Assembly (NCBI GenBank): GCA_905178155.1
Contig: CAJINV010000001.1
Coordinates: 13,363,713-13,427,712, forward strand
DNA: 64,000 nucleotides
Direction: 5' to 3'
Source: Amoebophrya sp. A120
Taxonomy: Eukaryota; Protista; Dinoflagellata
A program made the position numbers and the translations under genes. Within the stretch, counting starts at the first letter, position 1, and every line of letters begins with the position of its first letter. This document shows, piece by piece, positions 26,322 to 38,110 of this stretch. The notes under the pieces are model-generated. The model searched no databases. It was not told the origin of the DNA and worked only from the letters and a program-made list of their open reading frames with translations.

Positions 26322-27071
26322 TTTGCTCGTAGGAAGATGGTATGAAAAACCAAAGTTTCGTATTTGTACAGATACAGGGACAGAAGCAGGTGGGGAATAG
26401 AGATGCACCACCACACGCGAGGATAGTAAAGTGAGAAAAATCAAAGTGACAAAATACAATCTCCAGAGGGCAGTAGAGATGCTGTGTTTTATTTTGCCAG
26501 TGCACTGGTGACGTCGTTCTATGTAAGTCTTGCTTTGTACGACCAGCCTAGCGACAAGAAAAAGTACGAAGCACGTGAGTAAGTACGCAGAGAGGCACGA
26601 CCGAAGCACTTTGCACTGCGTCATGGTGCACGATAAATCGATGCAGAACGACATACCACCGAAGAGTTGTAGAGATGCCGCACGGAGTCAAAGACGCGCA
26701 AAACACTTTCATAATTAGACAGAAGGTGAGATAACTGACCGATGAGAATGTTTTTTTCTGTTTTTCCAATGTACAGACGCAATGGCAGGAGGTGTAGTGA
26801 ATGCATCTGCATCCGTGTGGAACGATACCGAGCTCTACCATTGTTGTGACCGAATCAGGATCGATACAAAACGCACTTGAGTACAACACAATGGAGCTAT
26901 TTCATGGCATACGGAACAAAACTTTCTGTCTGCAAAAAAGGAGGTGTGCGCCTACCGCTGCCTTGATGGTGGTGCGACAAATTAGTAGAAGTCATGGCTC
27001 CTAAGTAGAGCCGGCAAATTTAAAAAAATAGCGTCGCGTTTATGTCGTCTACATAACTTCATGTGTGGGAA

Positions 27072-28451
27072 CTAACTGTGCACTGTTCTTGCGAAAATTG
27101 CCTCGAACTTTTGCTGCACTAGAGAACTGAGTTTCTCAGTATCAACTTCTACATCAGCACTTTCCCCAACGTCGAAAACCGGCGGTAGCAGCCCCCGCTC
27201 TTTCAACACTTCATGGTTCCAGAAGCGGTTCCTGTACCTCTCCCCACTATCGCACAACACCGTGCAAATCACCGCATTTTCTGGTAGTTGTGCGGCGGCG
27301 TGCAAACAGGCCACGAGGTGCGCGCCCGAACTGCTCCCGCAGAAATGGTTCTCGACGTATCGCAGGTAGTGGCAGAGCAAGACCGCGTCTTCGTCGGACA
27401 CCGAGACCGCATCGTCCACGAACGGTAATGCCTTCTGAAAGTTCTTGGTGATGCGATTCAGCCCAAAGCCCTCCATGATGGTGTCGTCTATCCTTTGCTG
27501 CCGGTGGCCCTCCCTCTCCACCTCTGGGTTGTAGCACAGATTCGTCTGCACTTTGAATTGCAGTGAGCTGCCCGGGGGGTCGGCGAGTATGACTTTTGTT
27601 TGGTTGTTGCTCTGCTCCTTAAAATATCTGCCACAGCCCGCAATGGTCCCTCCAGTGCCCGCGGACATGACGAAGGCGTCGAAAGGAATGGCGATCCGAT
27701 TTTCATCTCTCTCTCGTCGCACCAAATTTTTCGCCTGCTCCCAGATTTCTGGCCCGGTCTCTGTGTAATGGTCGCGCCAATTCACTTCGTTCTCGAACTG
27801 ATCGCAAAAGTAGGCCCCCGCTTTTTTGCACGCCCGCATGCAGACTTGCGAATACTGCTCCGGACTGGAATAGCTGGTCGGCTTGCACAAGTGCACCGTG
27901 GCGTTGTACTGTCTCATCAAGTTCAGCTTCTCTTTCTCGCAGTCATCCGGTACGTACAGGTGACATTCGAGGTTTTTCTCGTGACACAGCTTCGCTAGTG
28001 AAACCCCCGTGCTGCCAGAAGTACCCTCGTACAAACTTGTCTTCCCTTTGCGCAAGCACTCCGCGACCAGACGATTGGCGACCCGATCTTTCAGGGACTC
28101 ACCTGGGTTCTCGTACTCGCACTTCGCAAAAATGCGTCGACCGGTCAGGGCGGAAAGGTGTGAGAGCTCGACAAGAGACGTCTGAAATTCTTTTACTGGT
28201 CGCTCCTTGCGGTCTTCAGGTTTTTCATCGTTCCGATCGAGTACGTCGCCCTGGGTGACATGATCATCTTCCGACGTCCTGGTTCGGGTTGTAGGAGAAG
28301 AATCCCCGCCTTTAATATTTCGTCGACTCTCCAGCGCGAGTACAAGCTCTGCACGATTGACAAGAAAGTCCAGCAACACTGCAATGGCGACGGTAGTCAA
28401 CAAGAGAGTCGAGTACGCTCCCGAATCCAGAATGTCAAGAACCATGTTCAT
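27072..28451 (-). CDS. Cysteine synthase-like PLP enzyme with N-terminal hydrophobic anchor
   Basis: AKCEYENPGESLKDR (PLP Lys), EGTSGSTG, DQFEN, HYTETGPEIWEQ, SAGTGGTIAG, DTIMEGFGLNRIT, CDSGERY. Intronless, 459 aa. Confidence 0.93.
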   Translation of the reverse strand: MNMVLDILDSGAYSTLLLTTVAIAVLLDFLVNRAELVLALESRRNIKGGDSSPTTRTRTSEDDHVTQGDVLDRNDEKPEDRKERPVKEFQTSLVELSHLSALTGRRIFAKCEYENPGESLKDRVANRLVAECLRKGKTSLYEGTSGSTGVSLAKLCHEKNLECHLYVPDDCEKEKLNLMRQYNATVHLCKPTSYSSPEQYSQVCMRACKKAGAYFCDQFENEVNWRDHYTETGPEIWEQAKNLVRRERDENRIAIPFDAFVMSAGTGGTIAGCGRYFKEQSNNQTKVILADPPGSSLQFKVQTNLCYNPEVEREGHRQQRIDDTIMEGFGLNRITKNFQKALPFVDDAVSVSDEDAVLLCHYLRYVENHFCGSSSGAHLVACLHAAAQLPENAVICTVLCDSGERYRNRFWNHEVLKERGLLPPVFDVGESADVEVDTEKLSSLVQQKFEAIFARTVHS

Positions 28452-29537
28452 TCTGAAAGTTTACATAATTACGCCAGCCTTTCTTGTTCTAGTGATTGTT
28501 AAGGTTTCAAAAAGGTCAGCCACTACGGAACAAGTCTAGGGGGGGCTTGCAAAACAGTGGGCGGGGCAGAACCTGAGTCAATCATTCAGACACAGTGCCG
28601 CATCACTTTTAGAGCCTATGGGATTTTGGTCGAGATCAACCATCGATGTGTCGTGTGTATGATCAATCTCTTCTTTTCGCTCTATTTGATCAGCACGTGA
28701 TCCCAGACACGGTCTTTTTTTTGACACGGTTACGATCGCTTTTTCGAACAAGGCATAGCTATTTTCAAGATCATCACCTGGTAGTAAAGTTTTACGCTTT
28801 TGTCTACAAAATCCGCTTGCCTGACGTGAAACGATTTCATCTTCACATTGATCTAGAATTGGTAACGGATACTGGTGTTCACACTGATGATCCACTTTTC
28901 CTACAGAGAAAATCACGAAGCTTGTGGCGCTTTAGTCCCTGTAACCAACAGATGAAGACTATCGCCAATTGCAATTTGATTTTGAAACGAAATTCAAACC
29001 CCATTACACTCACATCTCCGCCTCCAAATAAGTCTTGCAGCCAAAAGCCACATGCACGGTTGCATTCACTGGTTATTCACATGACAACAGACAAAGTCTG
29101 GGTACAAGGAGCAGGTGCTGATACATTTACATTAATTTCGCTCTTGACGCAGGCGTCGTCTAGATGATTGTACACAACGACAACCGGTAAAACGAAAATC
29201 ATGACGATAGGTGCATTTTGAACCTAACTATTTCTGGAAAAAAATCATACACAAGTTCAGTGGCCAAATTTTGATTTCATTTTCAAAGCAATTTGTCTTT
29301 CTGAAAAAACAAACCACCACATTGGTACACATTTCGACAAATAGGTTTTAGCTTCGAAAGCTAGCAATAGAATTGGAAGATGATGACATTTGACTTCAGT
29401 CAAAAAACGCCAGTACAACGCAATGCGAAGGGCAATAGCCTGTCACTGTAATTCGTTGATACATGATACTGCACTGGTGCATTTGGTGTCCGTTGTTTAC
29501 ATTGCCGGCATGCACAGCGCCAGGGCCACCATGACGA

Positions 29538-32248
29538 TTACGAAGACTGCGTCTTCCACAGTCGTGCCGCCTGCGCAAGAAAGCCGAGCATGTTCTGTGA
29601 TTCCGGCTCCTGATCTTTTTCCGCTTCCGCCGCATCTGCTTGCACTGCCGTCGTGTTCACGGCTTTTGTCGGACTTGGGTCCTTGCCGTCGACTCCCTGA
29701 CGTACCGAAAACGGGACTAATTTTGTACGGATTGGCAATATCGGACTCATTGGCCGGCTAGGTGGGTCGTTCATCGGCATCGGGAAACGACTGACCGGTC
29801 GTGGCTTCGTTGGGGTTGGACTGAGAATATCCATTTTTCCTACCGGCTTTTTGTCGCTGTTGTGAAGATTTGTAGTAGTTTCCATCGCACTTTTCTCAGC
29901 TTTTATTTTCTGGCTGTTGCCATCGTGCTTCACCTTTGATGTAGTTTCTATTTCACTCTCTTCCTCCTGCGTAGTTACAATTTCGTCGTCTGTTGCGTCA
30001 GCGACCAGCAGGGTGACTGCCTCGTCGTCCTTTGCTCTTTCTGTAGTTTGCGACGCGGACGGAGGTTCCTGCGGCTGCCCTGCGACTTGCTCCTCTTCCT
30101 TCTGGGGCGACACATACAACCGGCTTTCTGGCGACTTTTCCTCGTCGCTGGAACTCGAGAAGCCCCGCAGGATGTCTCGCAAAACTTCTCCGTTCCGCTG
30201 CAATTTCGCGGCCCAGCCGATTTTGCTCTGTTCAGAGGTTCGACGCGTGGATGGGGTCGTGTTTGCGGGAGCAGTCGGGCTCGGCTCGCATTCGCTCGCG
30301 CGCCGCGGCTTGCTCTCCGAGTTATTGTTAGCCTTCTTGTCGGTGGTACTGCCCTTGACGATGCCGCTTGGATTTCCTTGTCCGTTGTTCTCAGCTGGTG
30401 TTCTCTCTGGAGAAAGAACGACCACCGGACCGTCGACACTTTCGTCTGCTTTTGGATCGACGTTCTCGTTCGCACTTGATATTGTCCCTTCCCCGTCTTC
30501 ACTACTGTTCTTGCTTGTCTGCCTACTACTCGGACCACTTGTTCCATTCCGCTTCTGTGCAGCACTGAGTGGCGACCGACAATCCAGAAAAGAGTCCTCG
30601 AATTCCTCCGCGACCGAACCGGGATGAGACGAATTCGCGGGGGAAATCCGGTCATCTCGGGATTTGTCGATTGCAGCGCTGCTATGCAGTTCCACTCTCT
30701 TTGCTGGCTTGCTAGTACTGCTGCTAGTTGTATTAGCCGGGTTAATATCCGCTTTCTTTCGTGTCGCACTATCGGCGTCTTCTGCTGTCCCTTGTCCAGA
30801 ACTGGAAGCTCCACTATTCGCACGTATGCTCGACCCGACGGTGGGAATTCCCTCGTTGAGGGAGGGTCTACGGCTGAGATCTTGTTCGGAGGCTGCGTTT
30901 GGAGCCGAGATGCTAGAACTGCTGCTGGATGGGCCACCAGATGTGCTCGACGTACCTTTGTTTTTTGTTGAAGATTGTTTGAAGTGAATTCAGAAAATTA
31001 CGCTAAATTCTTTTTGAAACAGAGTCAGAGCGGGAGGCCGCCATCTCGGCTTTTCACAAAAGTCTTAGTTGAAGTACCCGATGGCCGCTTCTTCGGAAGA
31101 GGCGCCGCTGAAACCACGTCACGTACGGATGCAGCACCAGTGGGAGGTTTGCTCGGTATGACCGGTGGCCGCGCTCGTCCCGAAGGAGGTAGCTGCACAT
31201 GATTCCTTGATGACAAAAGCGCCGTGGTACTGTGGTCCGGGAGAAGGTTGGGTCTCGCATTGGCAGAAGGTGGTGCCCCAACTCGAGGGGTGAGGCAGAA
31301 GGCCGGAAAATTCCCCGTGGGACTGCGTGCCGCCAAAGGACTCCGAGCTCCGGGTGCGAATGTCACCGCTGACGCAACTGGTCCACCGGTTGGAATTTTG
31401 TTATACGACGAGGGTTGTTGAGTACTACTCTGCACCGCCGGCTTTTTCCCTGCTGCAGTAGATGATGTTGAAGAAGACGCGCCAGAGGCTGCACCCGTAG
31501 GCCCGTTTCGCGCTGAAGCTGGCGGCATCGGCCACCGGAGCGTCTGGCAACCGCTTGGGAGAGGCGCTGGACCTCCGCGAAAAGCCGGCCCGTTTCCGAG
31601 TAAAAGCGTGCTGCTATTCGTCGGCGGTAGTACTCGTGGCGCGGCTGTTGTTGTTTTCACCGTCGTTGTAGATCGCGGATTCAGAAGATCTCTCGGGCCG
31701 GCGCAGGACGAGGAGCGTGACAGCGAAGTTCTTCGACTGTCGGCCAGCGCCGGTTTGTCGAGGCGTTGGGATTTCCTTTGGCTTTGCGGCTCCTTTTCCA
31801 CTTCTATATCCCCCTCTTCCTCTTCTGGTATTATAGCAACCGGCTCGACAGCATCTGCGTCGATTGTCGTCACCGAGGAACTTACTGCAGCTTTGACAGG
31901 CGAGGAGCCAACACCTCTCAACACATTCTTACTGCTGGATGACGAAGCGCCTGCTGTCGCCACCACGACCCCCGGCGTACAAGCATTTCTCGTAGGCGTG
32001 GAAACCGCGACCTGCGCACGAAACCGCCGCGGCGAGAGACTCGCGGAGATGTACCGCCGTACCGCGTTATTCAGGTTCTCGACCGGCGGCGGCTGTGCCC
32101 GTGGCGTCGCGAGTCCCGCGAACCCAGGCACCCCGGCAATGCTTGTTCGGCGGACCACGCTAGAGGCCGGGGGGCCTCCTTGCGGTGAAATCACGGGAGA
32201 AACGAAAAGCATATCGGCAAGAAGTGCTACTCCGGACACGGTCACGGA
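29538..32248 (-). CDS. Large Ser/Pro/Ala-rich intrinsically disordered protein (5' exon unresolved)
   Basis: ORF 31025-32245 joins through an intron ending AAACAAAG at 30956 into a frame continuous with ORF 29538-30695. Upstream acceptor CTACAG at 32249. Confidence 0.6.
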
Positions 32249-33220
32249 CTGTAGCCGTTACATACAGATTAAAAATTACTTACATGAATGAATTCGCAGC
32301 CACGGTAGTTCGTGGCAAGCCCTGAAAAAAATCCAATTGGTTTGTAAAGCTCCTAGAACGAACTTTCGAATGTGGAAGTTGAAAAGTTGCTCAGAAACAA
32401 GCCATGAACCGGAATGATTTTTTCACAACGGCTTACACGATTCATCGATTTGAAGATGGAGTAAAACAGGCCCCGAATTCTGGATACCCACACCGCTGTT
32501 GTTCCCTTTCTGATCTTTTCCTACGAAGACTTTACGAAATGAATGAAATGCTGAAGGCCCCACCCACGACAGAAATATGCGTTTCCAAATTTGACTACAG
32601 GTTATATACCGATTTTGGTTAAGATCTTAACCGACTTTTTTGCAAAAAAACCATCCCACCCAGCAGCAAAGCGACATCTAAACTGGATACCGCAGAAAAT
32701 GTTGACCACATCAAACTGACTGTAAGCACCTCTGTAGGAACATGAGCAAGATAGCAGGCGTCAATCCGGCTGTGTCAGTAGAATATTATTTGCACCTATC
32801 TGCCTATTTCATTCCCGTTTGTTTCACTTGCCCTGAGATAGTGCGGTGCTGCAGGCATCTCAACCGCGGCAAAATTATGATTCGTAGCTCTTACTTCTTA
32901 ACTTTTGCAGCTCATTTTTTGTTATCTTTTGTTCAGGTCAGTTTTCATATATTCTCTAAAGGGTACAAGCTTGTTAGCACCACGCCCTCAACGCAGTGCA
33001 AACAGGACTTGTGAATCCTTCCCTTCGCATACGAGCAACCCAGTCCTTCGCCACCGCCGCCCTGCTGCGGCGCCGCCCGCATCGCAGAGTTTAATCGCCC
33101 CCGCCCTGTTTGGTCAGGTTCTACCATTCGTTTCCCAGAAGCGAGGCGTGCCCAACCACCACTTCTCCCCTACCTGCAGCCGGATTCCACTCGCTACGCT
33201 GGCACACCACCCCGCGGCCG

Positions 33221-35897
33221 TCACCTCAAAATGCACGGGGGAATGCGCGGCGCAGGTCGCTGCTTTCGTACCGTAGTGCCAAACGTCGTTCTGCCGTGGA
33301 ATTCCTTGCACCCCGTCCCTGGCAACAACTGCTGCAGCTGCTTCGCCCTGCTCTGCGCCTTCCAGAAGAGTCCGACGTTCGACATCGCGCTCTCGTGACT
33401 TTCCCGCACGACACTTGGTACACTTCTAACCTCGTCCGCAAAGGGAACCCCGTGCTCTTCGCGCTCATCCAACAGTAATGCCGGTCTCGCTGTCGAGGGG
33501 GCGGTGGTAGAGGTGTAGGGCGAGGAGGTGCGCCCAGGGAAGGGTGAGGCCGTTGTACGGTCGAAGCTGCGCTCGGAATGGTCTGTCGGTCTTTTACCCT
33601 TGTTTTCTTGTTCAACAATCGCCGCAGCTGATGCTGTTGCAGCTGCGGTCGATGGCAATAGTTCCACTCTTTGCTGGCCTGGCTGCACCGTCGCCTCAAG
33701 ACGTCGACCGTTCGCTGCCGACTCTGTTACTGTTTCGGCGGTTAAAAGGGTCTCATTGGCGCCATTATGTTCGACGCAATTGGATATCAAATGTAAAAAT
33801 GTCTGGCTCTGGAAGAATTCATGTTTGTCATGCTTGTCTGGCATGACTCTTAAATCTGTCACGCACGCTACCCAAGAGCTCCGCTTTTCTGTGATGCAGA
33901 AGCGCAGTTTGTCATGCAGAATAGGCAACACCTAGGAGCTCAGACACTTGTCATGCTGAGCCAGCATCTGTAGCCTCATCATGAGACGCCACCCAGCATC
34001 ACAAGTTTCCAGACCCAGACATTTTTACATTTGGTATTGGACGAGTTCTTACTATGTGCTACTTCCGGTAGTTCCTTTTCGGGCGTGGATACTGCACCAA
34101 TGAGCAAGGAACCGTCAAAGCCACCTGCCGGACTGACGACCAAAGAGGACTCGTCGACCTGCATTTGCACGTCGCCTTGCGGCTCTTGCATGTAGTCGTA
34201 TGCAGGTCCTCCTCCTGGATTTCCGCCTTCTTGCGACGGGAGATGGGCAGCTCCCAGATTTCGATGCCCCTGAGCTTGTGCGGCGTAAGAGAGGCATTCG
34301 AAAAGCTGCGACATTGGTGATGACGACACCGACTGCGTCGTAGCGACTGCGTGCATTGCAGGAAAGCGCATCTGATCGTCAGGAAAGGACTGAAGGGCGT
34401 CGTGTTGGTGGTCACCTTGCGCCGCCGCTTCCGCGGAGAACAAGTTCCGCCCCTTCATCTCTGTGTGCAGAAACTCACTCGTTTCGCGTGCAGGAGGTGC
34501 CTGTATTTCAACGCCCGTCGGCATATTGCTTACAGAACCCATTCCTCCTCCGTATTTCTGCGCTATGAGCTCCAGAGAAAGCGTCGAACGCGTTTTCTTC
34601 CACGCGGAAAAACAGCGGTGCAGCAGCTTGAGGCTCTCCCAGGCCCGCTCTTTTGCAGCAGCGGCCCGTGCTAACATGTCCTCGCGCTCCCTCGTCAAAA
34701 TCAGTCGCGCAGCACCACGACGAAGGGAGTCTTGGTGCTGCCTGTAAGCGTCCCTTTGGCGCGCTTTTTTGCTGACGCGGTTTACTGCCCAGGACCTGTA
34801 TTATTCCACAAAAAAGCGATCGCGCTGAAATCAATTGCTCAGCCTGTCAAGAGACGGATTTCAACGTTGTTCCATATCACGCATAGTTAACTGCAGTACT
34901 ACGGAACCAATATATTCATCCACCATTACCTCCAATTCGTGAGGAGTGGCGGAACGACCTTGCCAAGTCTGAATTCTTTCGCCACGATTCCTGCACACGT
35001 CAAGGTTTTCCGCTCGCTCGCACGCTCTAGCCACCGTCGGAGCTTGAAGCGCAGCCGGCATTGAAGGACGTGCTGGGATAAATCAGTTCGTTTGGAAGTG
35101 CGAAAAGAACTTGCTGATTCTATTGCTAATCTGATACATAGTGACTTGCAGAATTCAGTCGAAAGAATGAAAAGTTTGAATTTCAAATTCACCACGAGAA
35201 CTCTCGTGAAAAAATCAAATCCTTCTACCTGCCGTGCAAGATCCCCCATCAACCTCTTACGCTTGCCGGCAATCGCGAGCTCGATCCAGGCTCGGATGCA
35301 GGTCTTTTCGATTCTGCATTTCGCAAACAGATTCGCCCTGCCGCGAAGGCGGCGCTCCTCCTGGTTCCGTAGTGCGTGACGCCGTAAGCTTCCGCAGGCA
35401 TTCTTCATGCGTCGCGTCTGGATGACGCTGGTTGCTCCATACTGTCGCTGCCGGAGGGCGTGTAGACAGTGAAAAGCGCGCCATCCCTGTCGCAGTATCT
35501 TTCTCCGCTCGGCAAGCTCGTGCCACCTGAGTATCGATAGCGCAATAAGTAATGAGGAAGATCAACATGTGAGCACAATGCAGCCTTCGACATAATATTT
35601 CCTCGCAAGTGCGAGCACTTTTTCTCATCACATGCGCGTCAGTGTAGCAGGAGCAGCTTACCGCCTCCACAAGCCAGCCTTCTGTAGCGCTTGGACCTTC
35701 GTAGCTTTTTGCGCGTAGCCTTCTTTCTGGTGGCTGCAAAAGTCCTTCCAATGCGCAAAAAAACGGCCTGCGACTTCCTGCTCAAGGTTCGCGCGCAAGG
35801 ATCGAATTACCCTACACGCAATCCGCTTCACCCAAAATCGCAACGCACGCACGTTGAGCTCATCCATGTTCGTTCGGTCTTTATCTGGCAAGAACCG
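33221..35897 (-). CDS. Multi-exon protein with Sfi1-like Trp-terminated repeats; interrupted by introner 33785-34036
   Basis: GT-AG-joined exons give recurrent units ending in F/LxxW (AGRFFAHWK, GLWRRWHE, TCIRAWIE, FKLRRWLE, LLTNWRSW, LLHRCFSAWKK). The frame continues across the element (KNSSN|CVEHNGANE). Confidence 0.6.
33785..34036. mobile_element. MITE-like introner element, copy 2 (252 bp, 31-bp TIR, 5-bp TSD TTGGA)
   Basis: Left tatcaaatgtaaaaatgtctggctctggaag versus right tttccagacccagacatttttacatttggta (28/31). TTGGA occurs at 33780-33784 and 34037-34041. Colinear with copy 1. Confidence 0.92.
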
Positions 35898-36336
35898 CTA
35901 CAGACTCAATAGGATGTTCTACAACTTCGCAACATATTCATTGCAAGTCAGTCTTGAGGACTTTTGAATCAATGGAGACGAAACTCAAAAAACGCAGCTT
36001 CATCACACAGTACCGCGAAGACTAGTTGAAGTTGAATCTCAGAAAATCGTGTTGCGGAAATTGGCTTCATCATTTGCTCTCGGACGAATCGCGTTTGCAT
36101 CTCGACACTGATCTGCTTGTGTGGCCTTCATGGTCCTTTCTTCATTCGCCTCTCTCCGAAAAAAAGTCATCATTTGCTTCTGATTGGCGCCATGATCGAT
36201 CCATGTGAACACAATTGTCGTTTCCTTTTGTCCAGCACAGGCACCGGCAAAGCATTTCAATCACATCGCAACAGGTTTTTAATTCTACTCGTCCCTTGTT
36301 TCTAAACAAAATAATGCACTTCATCAATCTGAACTT

Positions 36337-37474
36337 TCAGAAGCCCAAATTTTCCTCAGCAACCACAGCATCGGGGTATTGCCGGAAGATCAATTCCTCA
36401 GCAAACAAGTACGGAAACATAGAGGCAAGCAGCTCCGGGTGCTGCTCCTTCTGCACGGCCAAGAGGTCTCGGGCGTCTAACTCCATCACACCCAGGTGGA
36501 GGGCGATTAATCGGACGGAGTGCTGGGCGCAATCGTTAGACCCGGGAATCTCGTCGGCGGATACTCCCACATGGTCTGTGATCATCACAATCGCCCCCCG
36601 GCTCAGGTTACAACGCTCTGCGTAGCGGAACTGCATCCATCGTCTTACCTGTTAGTTTCAAGGTTATGAGCTGGTGCGCGTTACGCAGAATGAGCTGTTG
36701 CTTGTAGGTTAGGTTTAGGACTACGTTGATGATGAAAGAATGTTCCCGTGCAGGACGAAACAAGACCGGCTACAAACCGACGCGGACCCACACCTAGGCC
36801 AAAGAAAAAACTAAAAGAAAGAGCAAAAACTGAAATACATTCCGTATCTGTTGGGCGTCCAGCAAAAGAAACACGGTCCTTAACTCCGGCGGAAACATGG
36901 AAAACTGTTTCTCCAGCGTTTCTTTGAGCTGTGGAAAGAGGTACTTTTTCAAAATGTGGACGCCTTCCGCGAGCACAGCTTCCGCAAAGGATGGCGCCTG
37001 GGAGAATCTGTGCCCTACAACAGAATAGTTGGAAACTACGTCGGGCATATCGAACCTGCTGCTCTTTCTTGTATCGTTTTCTTGCAGGGGTACTTCGGAA
37101 GGAGCTTTCTGCAGAGGCGCCCCTGTGGTTGAAGTTCTCGCATCTTCTAACTGAAATTCCGGAATTCTCATGCCCTCGAAGTTTTTGTCTGCGGTGCTGC
37201 GCAGAAATTTGTGCCATTCCTCTTCCTGCACCTTTTCTTCCTCGGCAACGACGGCAGTGTCCCGATGGGAGAGAAAGGACTGCGGGGCGTTTCCGGATGT
37301 GGTCTGCCGCATAGACTGGAGCAAAATCCGGTCGGTCTCTTGCAACTGCGATCCCGATAGCGGCGTCGCCACACTGGACGCAGGCCAGGCCGGCGTGCCG
37401 GAAAAGACATCGACCGGACCGTGGGCCTTTCGATCGTTCTTGCCCGGGCGGCTGCTGCAACAGCTGCAATCCAT
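36337..37474 (-). CDS. Hypothetical protein exons, possibly the 5' part of the Sfi1-like gene
   Basis: ORF 36794-37474 joins ORF 36337-36636 via AAT|GTATTT...CTAACAG|GTA (QQIRN|VRRWMQFRY). The link to the downstream exons is unresolved. Confidence 0.45.
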
Positions 37475-38110
37475 CTTGACCTTTCTTGGTCGTTTCCTGT
37501 CGAGAACGGTCGGTAGTGCTAGTGGACGTGCGAATTTGCACTGGCTCCAATGGCAGCAAAAACTTCAAGAATCTGAGATCGTAAATCAAGTCAGTGGGGT
37601 CTGAAACAAATACCTGATGGTGCGGGCGTTGGAAAGAAACGAATAAATCAGCGCATTACGAAAATGAAAAAAATGAATCCATACATAAATTCTTACACGA
37701 CCAGCAAACAACGAGCAGATAAAGACGACACCAGCTTCGTGAGCGAAAAGACTGATGAGTGATGCTTGAACGGTTTCTAAACAACGACCTGAAGTACGAC
37801 CTGCAGAGCAAGCTGTCTGAGGAAGAAGAAGAACGACTCGATGCAACACGAATAACTTCTGTCCCCTGCAAACGCGCGGAACTATCACAGAAAGACGAAG
37901 ACGAAATGGACGAAGGGAAGACGACTTAACCTGGATACGACTAGAATTCGAACACCATCACTAGCACAGAATGACAAACTATCTGACTTTTGCTCCTGGT
38001 AGTACTGGCCGCGCGGCTCGGCGAGAACAACAGTAGGCCTGATTTTCGTTGGTACAACATGCACGATGCGTTGTGATCTTCTATGTTTTGTTTCTCGCTA
38101 TAGCTATGGG

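Noticed and set aside
30956-31077. Possible GC-AG intron (donor at 31041)
   Set aside because: A canonical same-phase GTACTT donor at 31077 explains the junction equally well.
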